From: Elusimicrobiota bacterium
GTDB lineage: Bacteria; Elusimicrobiota; Elusimicrobia; Elusimicrobiales; UBA9959
DNA: 16,470 nt
Assembly: GCA_027340875.1 (NCBI GenBank)
Contig: DAIENX010000017.1
Location: 1-16,470 of the forward strand
Direction of reading: 5' to 3'
Shown here: positions 1 through 6,154 of the stretch, piece by piece
How positions within the stretch are numbered: the stretch's first letter is position 1
Layout: each line of letters opens with the position of its first letter
Translations under genes and position numbers: made by a program
The notes under the pieces: generated by a model
Seen by the model: the letters and a program-made list of their open reading frames with translations, nothing else
What the model was told of the DNA's origin: nothing
The model's database searches: none

Positions 1-171
1 GCGCACCGTGCCGCCCTTCGTGATCTCGGCGTAGGACTTCAGGTTGGCCAGGCCCTTCTCCGACTGCACCTTCACCAGCGCGGTCGTCAGGGTGGATTTG
101 CCGTGGTCCACGTGGCCGATGGTGCCTACGTTGACGTGCGGCTTGCTGCGGTCGAACTTCTCTTTTGCCAT
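1..171 (-). CDS. tuf: Elongation factor Tu, N-terminal part (runs off the window edge)
   Basis: Manual translation [57 protein letters not shown] contains the EF-Tu N-terminus and P-loop GHVDHGK; AGGAG RBS at 179-183 (minus); sits downstream of tRNA-Gly/tRNA-Thr as in tufB operons. Not in the ORF track. Confidence 0.97.
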   Translation of the reverse strand, partial: MAKEKFDRSKPHVNVGTIGHVDHGKSTLTTALVKVQSEKGLANLKSYAEITKGGTVR

Positions 172-207
172 GTTAGTTCTCCTGAAGTTTAGTTATTCCT
201 GAAAAAC

Positions 208-217
208 AAGCTGGGGA
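208..217. repeat. 10-bp direct copy of the tRNA-Thr 3' end
   Basis: aagctgggga at 208-217 is identical to 328-337. Confidence 0.75.
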
Positions 218-248
218 CCGCGAGCGTCAGCGAGCCTCGCATAAGGAT

Positions 249-262
249 GATTCCCATCCCCA
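249..262. repeat. 14-bp inverted copy of the tRNA-Thr T-arm/acceptor 3' strand
   Basis: gattcccatcccca (249-262) is the exact reverse complement of tggggatgggaatc (332-345). Confidence 0.85.
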
Positions 263-328
263 ATTACTTCCCAACCTGTGAAAGACCAAAAAACTAAGCA
301 ACCACTGACAGCGCAAGTAAAAATTGTA

Positions 329-401
329 AGCTGGGGATGGGAATCGAACCCACGACCTTCTCCTTACCATGGAGATGCTCTACCTGCTGAGCTACCCCAG
401 C
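329..401 (-). tRNA. tRNA-Thr(GGT), CCA not encoded
   Basis: Minus strand GCTGGGGTAGCTCAGCAGGTAGAGCATCTCCATGGTAAGGAGAAGGTCGTGGGTTCGATTCCCATCCCCAGCT folds as a cloverleaf; anticodon arm TCTCC-ATGGTAA-GGAGA; T-loop TTCGATT. Confidence 0.97.
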
Positions 402-411
402 GTCTGTCGCA

Positions 412-563
412 CTTTTCGCATCCGAATGCGAAAAGCGGATTAGCCGCCCGGCCTTCGTCGGCCGGGTGCTCCGCGAGGGGAACCATGTTCCCCTTCGCCG
501 CTCACGATACCGCCTTCGGCGGTCCGTTCGCTGAACCCCTCCTGAGAGGAATACGGAGCTAAT
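412..563. repeat. Multi-hairpin structured element in the tRNA-Gly/tRNA-Thr spacer
   Basis: Stems 412-421/426-435, 447-453/460-466, gaggggaac-cat-gttcccct (475-494) and accgcc-ttc-ggcggt (509-523); outer stems ctccg 469-473/cggag 554-558 and attagc 439-444/gctaat 558-563. Confidence 0.7.
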
Positions 564-595
564 TCTATATACTGCGGGCAACCGGTGGTCTCTTT

Positions 596-646
596 CATCG
601 CCCGCTTTTCGATATCCGCAGAACGGATATCGAAAAGCGGGCGATG
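596..646. repeat. Perfect 23-bp inverted repeat overlapping the tRNA-Gly 3' end
   Basis: catcgcccgcttttcgatatccg (596-618), loop cagaa, cggatatcgaaaagcgggcgatg (624-646). Confidence 0.9.
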
Positions 647-706
647 GGAATCGAACCCACGTGATCTGCTTGGAAGGCAGACGTTCTACCATTGAACTAC
701 GCCCGC
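636..706 (-). tRNA. tRNA-Gly(TCC), CCA not encoded
   Basis: Minus strand GCGGGCGTAGTTCAATGGTAGAACGTCTGCCTTCCAAGCAGATCACGTGGGTTCGATTCCCATCGCCCGCT; anticodon arm TCTGC-CTTCCAA-GCAGA. Confidence 0.97.
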
Positions 707-759
707 ATGCCGTCAAAGAACCGACAAAACAGCCGCTGGCCTAAACCAGCGGAGAAGTT

Positions 760-788
760 ATTATATTTAATTGTCCGCCAGCAGTCAA
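760..788 (-). promoter_or_regulatory. sigma70 promoter of the tRNA-Gly/tRNA-Thr/tuf operon
   Basis: Minus strand TTGACT-N17-TATAAT, about 50 nt upstream of tRNA-Gly. Confidence 0.85.
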
Positions 789-800
789 GAAAAGCGGGAC

Positions 801-827
801 GGAAAGCACTTTCCTTTTTTATATAAT
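801..827 (+). promoter_or_regulatory. Palindromic operator plus -10 box upstream of the WYL gene
   Basis: GGAAAG-CA-CTTTCC (801-814) overlaps the expected -35/spacer position of TATAAT (822-827). Confidence 0.55.
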
Positions 828-844
828 GGTTCCCGAGGGGCATT

Positions 845-1795
845 ATGTACCAGAAAGACTCGGGCGACAAGAAATATTTCAGGGTGCTGAACATACTGAA
901 CAGGCTGAACGAGGGCCCGGTGCGCGTCGCCGACCTCTCGGCCGAGTTCGGCGTATCCGAACGGTCCATACAGAGGGACCTGGAGCGCATCAATCTGACG
1001 GGTTTCCACCTGGACACCCCCCAGAAGGGCGTCTACACCTTCGCCGGCGGAGTTTCCCTGAAGAACTTCAACCTCACCAGCGAGCAGCTGTCCGTCCTGG
1101 TGCTGATGCGGGAAATGGCCGGGGGCATGGGCGGGGCCATAAAGGACGCTTTCGACAAGGTGTTCGAACGGGCCACGACCGCCGCGCCCTCCGACTCCCC
1201 GTTCTACGCCGTCGGACCGCGCGCGCTGAACCCGCTGACCCGCAAGTTCTACGAGGATATAGTCTTCGCGATAGAGCGTGGCAAGAAGCTGAAAGTGCGC
1301 TACGCCGCGGCCGCCGGAGAGAAGGAGCGAGTGCTCTGCCCGGTCAAGATACTGGCCAGCGAGAGCTTCTTCTACATGATGGCCTCGGTGGACGGCGGGC
1401 GGACAGGCGAATATCCCAAGTTCCGAGTGGACCGCATAAAGAAGCTGGACATACTGCCCGACGAGTTCACCCCCCCCGCTCCGGGAACTATAAAGAAGAT
1501 AATAGGCACGGCCACCACCATCTGGGGCGTAAACGAAGGAAGAAGGACGCCCGTCGCGATCCGCGCGGAAGGCGCGGCCGCGGATTTCCTGCGCAGCAAG
1601 GAGATACTACCAGCCCAGAAGGTCTCCAAACCTGCCGCGGACGGCTCAGTGACCGTGAAGGCGGTCATCCGCCACCCGATGGAGCTGGTGCCGCTGGTGC
1701 TGCACTGGATGCCGGAGATAACCATAGCGGAACCGCGGGAACTGCGGGCCGAGGTCAGGAACCGGATAGACTCCTATCTGAAAAAGCAAGGATGA
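845..1795 (+). CDS. HTH-WYL(-WCX) transcriptional regulator (YafY/PafB-like)
   Basis: N-terminal wHTH 'VADLSAEFGVSERSIQRDLERI'; WYL core 'LKVRY...ERVLCPVKI...FFYMMA...FRVDRIKKL'; C-terminal 'LVLHWMPEITIAEPRELRAEV'; GAGGGG RBS. Confidence 0.92.
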   Translation: MYQKDSGDKKYFRVLNILNRLNEGPVRVADLSAEFGVSERSIQRDLERINLTGFHLDTPQKGVYTFAGGVSLKNFNLTSEQLSVLVLMREMAGGMGGAIKDAFDKVFERATTAAPSDSPFYAVGPRALNPLTRKFYEDIVFAIERGKKLKVRYAAAAGEKERVLCPVKILASESFFYMMASVDGGRTGEYPKFRVDRIKKLDILPDEFTPPAPGTIKKIIGTATTIWGVNEGRRTPVAIRAEGAAADFLRSKEILPAQKVSKPAADGSVTVKAVIRHPMELVPLVLHWMPEITIAEPRELRAEVRNRIDSYLKKQG

Positions 1796-2835
1796 ACGCA
1801 GCCCCCGTAAAACAGCTCTACCTGGCCGCGCTGGCCGCCTGCCTGGCGCTATCCATAGGCCTGGATCGCGACTGGGAGCGCCGCCTCGCGCTTCTGCCGT
1901 ACGGTGGAGACCTTACCCGGGAACAGGCCTCCTCGGACGACGAGGACGGAGAGGACGAGGAGGAGACGCAGGAGTACACCTCCCGCGAGAGCCGCAAGGA
2001 GACCGGCACCTCCCAGCGCATCTACCGCGCCGGAGCCGAGCTGAAGGCCGACTATCAATTCATCAACTTCAACAAGGACCGCCTGAACGTCTCCTTCGGG
2101 ATGACGCAGAAGGACTACGGTAACTACCTGAACGGCTACGGCTATACGGACACGGACCTGGCCAAGCTCCGCATCTGGCGCGACTCTACCCGCCAGGAGG
2201 TCTGGGAAAAGACCTACCGCGAGAGCGGCAAAGCGGCGGCCGAGCGCGCGATAACCGGCGTGGACATGGACTACGACACCCGCCTGCGCGCGCTGCTGCG
2301 CTCCAAGGGTCTCGCGATGCGGCCCGGCAACGTAGTGGAGCCGGACATGCCGGTGATGGTAAAACGCAATGCGCCACTCCTGAAGCCGCTCGCGCTGGCT
2401 TTTCAGAAAGTGGCTAACTCCCGCGGGTATTCGGACGAGGACATCATCGGGGGAGTGCTTTCGATGGTGCAGACCGCCATCCGCTACAGGATCCCGAAGA
2501 ACCTGGAGAACGGCCTGCACACCTGCGGCATCCTGCCGCCCGCGCGCGCTCTCCTGTCCGGCTGGGGCGACTGCGACACCAAGACCGGCGTGCTCGCCTC
2601 GGTGCTGGGAAACTGGAGCCAGATTCGCATGGTGGGCATAGCCGTGCCCGGCCATTATCTCATGGCTATACGCCGCCTGCCGGGAAAGGGCGACATGTTC
2701 GTGCGGTACGAGGGCCTGGAGTACGTCCTGGTGGAACCGGCTGGCCCGGCCTGGCTGGAGCCGGGGATGGTGGGCGACCACACCAAGACGCTGCTCGCCG
2801 GCGCCCAGGGTTACAATGTGGAGCCGTTCTTCTGA
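1792..2835 (+). CDS. Exported transglutaminase-like cysteine protease/hydrolase (347 aa)
   Basis: Likely start is ATG 1792, overlapping the WYL stop (ATGA); hydrophobic signal 'LYLAALAACLALSIGL'; catalytic-type motifs GDCDTK, VPGHYLMAI and YVLVEP. Confidence 0.8.
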   Translation: MNAAPVKQLYLAALAACLALSIGLDRDWERRLALLPYGGDLTREQASSDDEDGEDEEETQEYTSRESRKETGTSQRIYRAGAELKADYQFINFNKDRLNVSFGMTQKDYGNYLNGYGYTDTDLAKLRIWRDSTRQEVWEKTYRESGKAAAERAITGVDMDYDTRLRALLRSKGLAMRPGNVVEPDMPVMVKRNAPLLKPLALAFQKVANSRGYSDEDIIGGVLSMVQTAIRYRIPKNLENGLHTCGILPPARALLSGWGDCDTKTGVLASVLGNWSQIRMVGIAVPGHYLMAIRRLPGKGDMFVRYEGLEYVLVEPAGPAWLEPGMVGDHTKTLLAGAQGYNVEPFF

Positions 2836-2858
2836 CCGGCGCTTATTAAGGAGGGTTC

Positions 2859-3401
2859 ATGTTCACTGCTAGAATACTGGTAAGCCTGTTCGAGTTCCTG
2901 CTGTCGGTGGTGATGTCAGGGTTCATCATCTACCTCACCTACAGGATCTTCATAAAGGCCAACCCCGATTTCGACATGGAGGTCGAGATCAAGAAGGGCA
3001 ACACGGCGGTAGGCACGCTGGTCGGGGCTATCCTGTTCGCGGCCTCGATGATACTACAGAAGGGCCTGGGTTCCGTGGTGAGCATGTTCAGGCTCTACGT
3101 CACCTCGCCGGGTGAGAGTTCGATAGGCCTGGGCAAGCTGGCGCTACTGTCCACGGCCCACCTGGGCCTTTCAATGCTGCTCGCGGTCATAACCATCTCG
3201 GTGACGCTCAGGCTCTTCGGCAAACTGGTGCACAGCCACATGCACGCCGGAGAGGAACTGGAGAAAGGCAACCTGGCGGTAGGCATAGTCCTGGCCAGCG
3301 TGGTGCTGATAGCCTCCCTCTACGTGGGCGAGGGCGTCAGCGCCATCACCAAGGCGCTGGTACCGCAGCCCTCCATAGGCCAGATAGAGATAATGCAGTA
3401 G
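2859..3401 (+). CDS. DUF350-family membrane protein with two internal repeats
   Basis: Two copies of the motif (EIKKGNTAVG, ELEKGNLAVG), each flanked by TM helices; AAGGAGG RBS. Confidence 0.85.
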   Translation: MFTARILVSLFEFLLSVVMSGFIIYLTYRIFIKANPDFDMEVEIKKGNTAVGTLVGAILFAASMILQKGLGSVVSMFRLYVTSPGESSIGLGKLALLSTAHLGLSMLLAVITISVTLRLFGKLVHSHMHAGEELEKGNLAVGIVLASVVLIASLYVGEGVSAITKALVPQPSIGQIEIMQ

Positions 3402-3420
3402 CGCCGGCCGGTTCCCGATC

Positions 3421-3452
3421 AAAGGCGGCCCCGGGGCCGCCTTTTTTCTTTT
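3421..3452 (+). terminator. Rho-independent terminator
   Basis: Palindrome aaaggcggccccggggccgccttt followed by a T-rich tract, 20 nt after the DUF350 stop. Confidence 0.8.
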
Positions 3453-3472
3453 CCCGAACCCGACAGCCCCTT

Positions 3473-3564
3473 GGCCGCCTGATGAGCATAGCTCCTGATG
3501 CGGCACGGCCATAGGCCAGGCCGCCTGATGAGCATAGCTCCTGATGCGGCACGGCCATAGGCCA
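3473..3564. repeat. Exact tandem duplication of a 46-bp two-hairpin unit
   Basis: ggccgcctgatgagcatagctcctgatgcggcacggccataggcca at 3473-3518 and 3519-3564. Confidence 0.95.
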
Positions 3565-3601
3565 GTCGGGTTGCCCATGGAACTTCTTTGCGTCCGGCCT
3601 G

Positions 3602-3625
3602 ACCCGACAGACCCTTGTCGGGTTG
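3602..3625. repeat. 24-bp hairpin matching the joined flanks of the 46-bp tandem ('empty site')
   Basis: acccgacagacccttgtcgggttg versus 3458-3472 joined to 3565-3573 (acccgacagcccctt|gtcgggttg): 23/24 identical. Confidence 0.85.
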
Positions 3626-3643
3626 GCCTGCTATGCTATCGGC

Positions 3644-3835
3644 ATGAACAACAGAAAACACAGGACCATAGTCAGCGCCAAGGCCGGCATACTCGGCGGC
3701 AGGCTAAAGGGCAGCCTGCGCGTCTACACTCTCGGGGAAGGCGCGGGAGCGGACCTCTACTTCTCCGTGAAGCTCTGGCAGGCCGCCGCGCTCAGGCAGC
3801 AGCGGCTTTCCGTGGCGGCCGCCTACGCCAGGTAA
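3644..3835 (+). CDS. Small basic hypothetical protein (63 aa), probably leaderless
   Basis: MNNRKHRTIV...; an extended -10 TGcTATGCT ends 6 nt before the ATG; GC3-rich codons. No family recognised. Confidence 0.55.
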   Translation: MNNRKHRTIVSAKAGILGGRLKGSLRVYTLGEGAGADLYFSVKLWQAAALRQQRLSVAAAYAR

Positions 3836-3859
3836 ACCTGCGCGCCGCAAGGGGGACTT

Positions 3860-4135
3860 ATGGGGTGGAGCATAAAGGACTGGCTCTGCGGCTACAGGGC
3901 CGAAAGGGAGGACGGCGAGATGGTCTTCATCTACTCGCGACCCGCATGGGGCACGGGGATGTCGGGGATACGGCGCTTCTACGAGCTGCGCAGTCGCGGC
4001 GAGCTCATCGGCCGCATATCATCGGAGAGCTCCTTAAGGCCTCTCGTGCGTGCGGAATGGCTGGCCGGTCCCGGCCACGCCCTGAACGAGAACGACCTTC
4101 TCGAGATAGCCTGCGCCCTTCCCCCCCGCCCTTGA
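3860..4135 (+). CDS. Hypothetical protein (91 aa)
   Basis: AAGGGGG RBS; fills the gap between flanking genes; no family recognised. Confidence 0.6.
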   Translation: MGWSIKDWLCGYRAEREDGEMVFIYSRPAWGTGMSGIRRFYELRSRGELIGRISSESSLRPLVRAEWLAGPGHALNENDLLEIACALPPRP

Positions 4136-4159
4136 TTCCCCGCTGTTATTTGCTAGAAT
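4132..4159 (+). promoter_or_regulatory. Putative sigma70 promoter of the histidine kinase
   Basis: TTGATT-N16-TAGAAT with extended -10 TG. Confidence 0.5.
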
Positions 4160-4177
4160 TTCCGCAGGGGCGGAGGG

Positions 4178-6109
4178 ATGGAAAAGCAGAAAGGTTTTCT
4201 GGAGCAGAACCTTGCCGAGTCGCAGGGCAAGGACGTCTGCCGCATACTTTTCGACGGTTCTCCGGACGCGATCTTCCTCGCGGATACGGAGACCGGGATC
4301 ATTATAGACGCCAACCCCGCGGCGGAGCGGCTCACGGGACGCCCCCGGAATGAGCTGATCGGCCTGCACCAGTCGCAGCTGCACCCGGCAAGAGGGGAGA
4401 ACGCCTCGAAGAGGATATTCAAGGAACATTCGCGCCACGGCAGCGGGGTCATCCACAGCGGCCCGGAGCTGCACTACGTGCTGCGGGCGGACGGGTCGGA
4501 AGTCCCTACGGAGATCACCGCCCAGGTGATAGAGATCCGCGGCAAGCGGGTACTGCAGGGCTTCTTCAGGGACGTCTCCGAACGCGTGAAGGCGGAGCAG
4601 GCGCTGAAGGAATCGGAGAACAAGTTCAAGACCCTGACCGAGAAGTCCATGGTCGGGGTCTACCTCATCCAGGACGGCCGGTTCCGCTACGTGAACCCGG
4701 TGCTTTCGAAACTTCTGGGCTACACGCAGGACGAGCTGCTGGCCTTATCCCCCGAGGACGTCATAGTACCGGAGGACTGGCCGCTGGTCAGGGAGAACCT
4801 CCGCCGGCGCATCGACGGAGAGATCGCGTCGCTCAGCTACGCCTTCCGCGGCCGGAAGAAGAGCGGGGAGATACTGCATGTAGAGGTCTTCGGCACCAGG
4901 ATAGAATACCTGGGCCGGCCCGCCGTGCTAGGCACACTGCTGGACCTGACGGAGCGCAGGCGCGAGCAGGAAGCCCTGCGCGAAAGCGAGGAGCTTTACC
5001 GCACGCTGGTGGACAACGCGCCGATCGGTATAGCCGTCTACCGCGACAACAAGCTCCTTTTCGCCAACCGCCAGATGCTCTCCATCGGCGGCCTGAAGGA
5101 CCAGTCCTCCATTATAGGCCGCGACGTGCTGGACTTCGTGCACCCGGACTCCAGGGAACAGGCCGCTGCCCGCCTGCGCGAGATCTCAAAGAGCGGCAGG
5201 CCGCTCCCGCCGGCCGACATAAAGATGCAGGTCCCCGGAGGAAAGATCTTCAATATGGAGGTGCTCTCCATCCCTATCTCCTACCAGGGCAAGGACTGCA
5301 TCATGTCCCTCTTCGAGGACGTGACAGCGCGCAAACAGGCCGAGAGCGAGCTGCGTAACGCCCACGATCTGCTGCTGGAGGCCAACTCCGGCCTGGAGAG
5401 GCGGGTAGAGGAGCGCACGACCCAGCTGGCCGATCTGAACAAGGAGCTGGAGGCCTTCTCGTATTCCGCCGCCCACGACATGAAGGCGCCGCTGCGCCGC
5501 ATCAACATCTTCGCCGACCTGCTCGAGAAGGAGGCCGCGCCGGAGCTCAGGGAGGAACACCGCGCCACCATACGGATGATCCATAAGTCTGTGCTCCACA
5601 TGACCAGCCTGGTGGAAGGCCTTCTGACACTTTCCACCGCCGGCCGCAGACAGCTGGACATGGCCGGCGTGGTCCTCTCCGAAATATTGGGAGAGGTGCT
5701 GGCGGATATAAAATCCGAGAACCCGGACAGGGAGATAGAGTGGCGCACCGAAGCCCTGCCGCAGGTGAAGTGCGACCGTGCGATGATAAAGCAGGTCTTC
5801 ATCAACCTTCTGTCGAACGCCGTGAAGTACACCTCCTCCCGGCCGAAGGCGCAGATCGGGATATCCGCCAGCCGCGAAGGCGGCTTCCACGTGATCCGCG
5901 TGAGAGACAACGGCGTGGGCTTCCCCCCGCAGTACCGGGAGAAGGTGTTCGACGTCTTCCAGCGTCTTCACAAGGCGGAGGATTTCTCCGGGACCGGCAT
6001 AGGGCTCTCCATAGCCAAGCGCATAATCGCCAGACACGGCGGCAGGATATGGGCCGAAGGCGAGCCGGGCAAGGGCGCTTCGTTCTGGTTCTCCCTGCCG
6101 GCCGAATGA
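4178..6109 (+). CDS. Cytoplasmic PAS-PAS-PAS sensor histidine kinase
   Basis: Three PAS/PAC units ending in RDVSE, DLTE and EDVT; coiled coil; H-box ELEAFSYSAAHDMKAPLR; N box NLLSNAVKY; G1 DNGVGF; F box FDVFQRL; G2 GTGIGL; no TM segments. Confidence 0.95.
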   Translation: MEKQKGFLEQNLAESQGKDVCRILFDGSPDAIFLADTETGIIIDANPAAERLTGRPRNELIGLHQSQLHPARGENASKRIFKEHSRHGSGVIHSGPELHYVLRADGSEVPTEITAQVIEIRGKRVLQGFFRDVSERVKAEQALKESENKFKTLTEKSMVGVYLIQDGRFRYVNPVLSKLLGYTQDELLALSPEDVIVPEDWPLVRENLRRRIDGEIASLSYAFRGRKKSGEILHVEVFGTRIEYLGRPAVLGTLLDLTERRREQEALRESEELYRTLVDNAPIGIAVYRDNKLLFANRQMLSIGGLKDQSSIIGRDVLDFVHPDSREQAAARLREISKSGRPLPPADIKMQVPGGKIFNMEVLSIPISYQGKDCIMSLFEDVTARKQAESELRNAHDLLLEANSGLERRVEERTTQLADLNKELEAFSYSAAHDMKAPLRRINIFADLLEKEAAPELREEHRATIRMIHKSVLHMTSLVEGLLTLSTAGRRQLDMAGVVLSEILGEVLADIKSENPDREIEWRTEALPQVKCDRAMIKQVFINLLSNAVKYTSSRPKAQIGISASREGGFHVIRVRDNGVGFPPQYREKVFDVFQRLHKAEDFSGTGIGLSIAKRIIARHGGRIWAEGEPGKGASFWFSLPAE

Positions 6110-6119
6110 ACCGGCGGCA

Positions 6120-6148
6120 TTGATTTCCGGCGGGTCATTATGTAGTAT
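6120..6148 (+). promoter_or_regulatory. Putative sigma70 promoter for a leaderless mltA transcript
   Basis: TTGATT-N17-TAGTAT, ending 6 nt before ATG 6155; no Shine-Dalgarno sequence. Confidence 0.55.
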
Positions 6149-6154
6149 TGCCGT

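Noticed and set aside
173..203. Imperfect short duplication around the tuf RBS (ttagttctcctgaa / ttagttattcctgaa)
   Set aside because: Too short and AT-rich to assign a function.
278..716. ORFs 278..562 and 294..716
   Set aside because: They overlap the two tRNA genes and have no protein-like features.
826..1791. N-terminal 322 aa of the 669-aa ORF 826..2835
   Set aside because: Out-of-frame shadow of the WYL gene with R/G/P-rich composition; the credible start with a signal peptide is ATG 1792.
3453..3467. c-di-AMP (ydaO) riboswitch-like string cccgaacccgacagc
   Set aside because: Lacks the following TAAC motif and the 5' half of the aptamer; explained by the acccgacag hairpin repeat.
3479..3504. 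Hammerhead ribozyme (CTGATGA; CTGAAGA in the third copy)
   Set aside because: No GAAA after the putative stem II and no stem III/UH cleavage site; the sequence folds as a simple internal loop.
3473..3564. CRISPR array
   Set aside because: The two repeats abut with no spacer and no cas genes are in the window.
845..3625. tRNA-integrated genomic island
   Set aside because: The region lies on the 5' side of the tRNAs, with no integrase, no distal att repeat and no obvious compositional shift.
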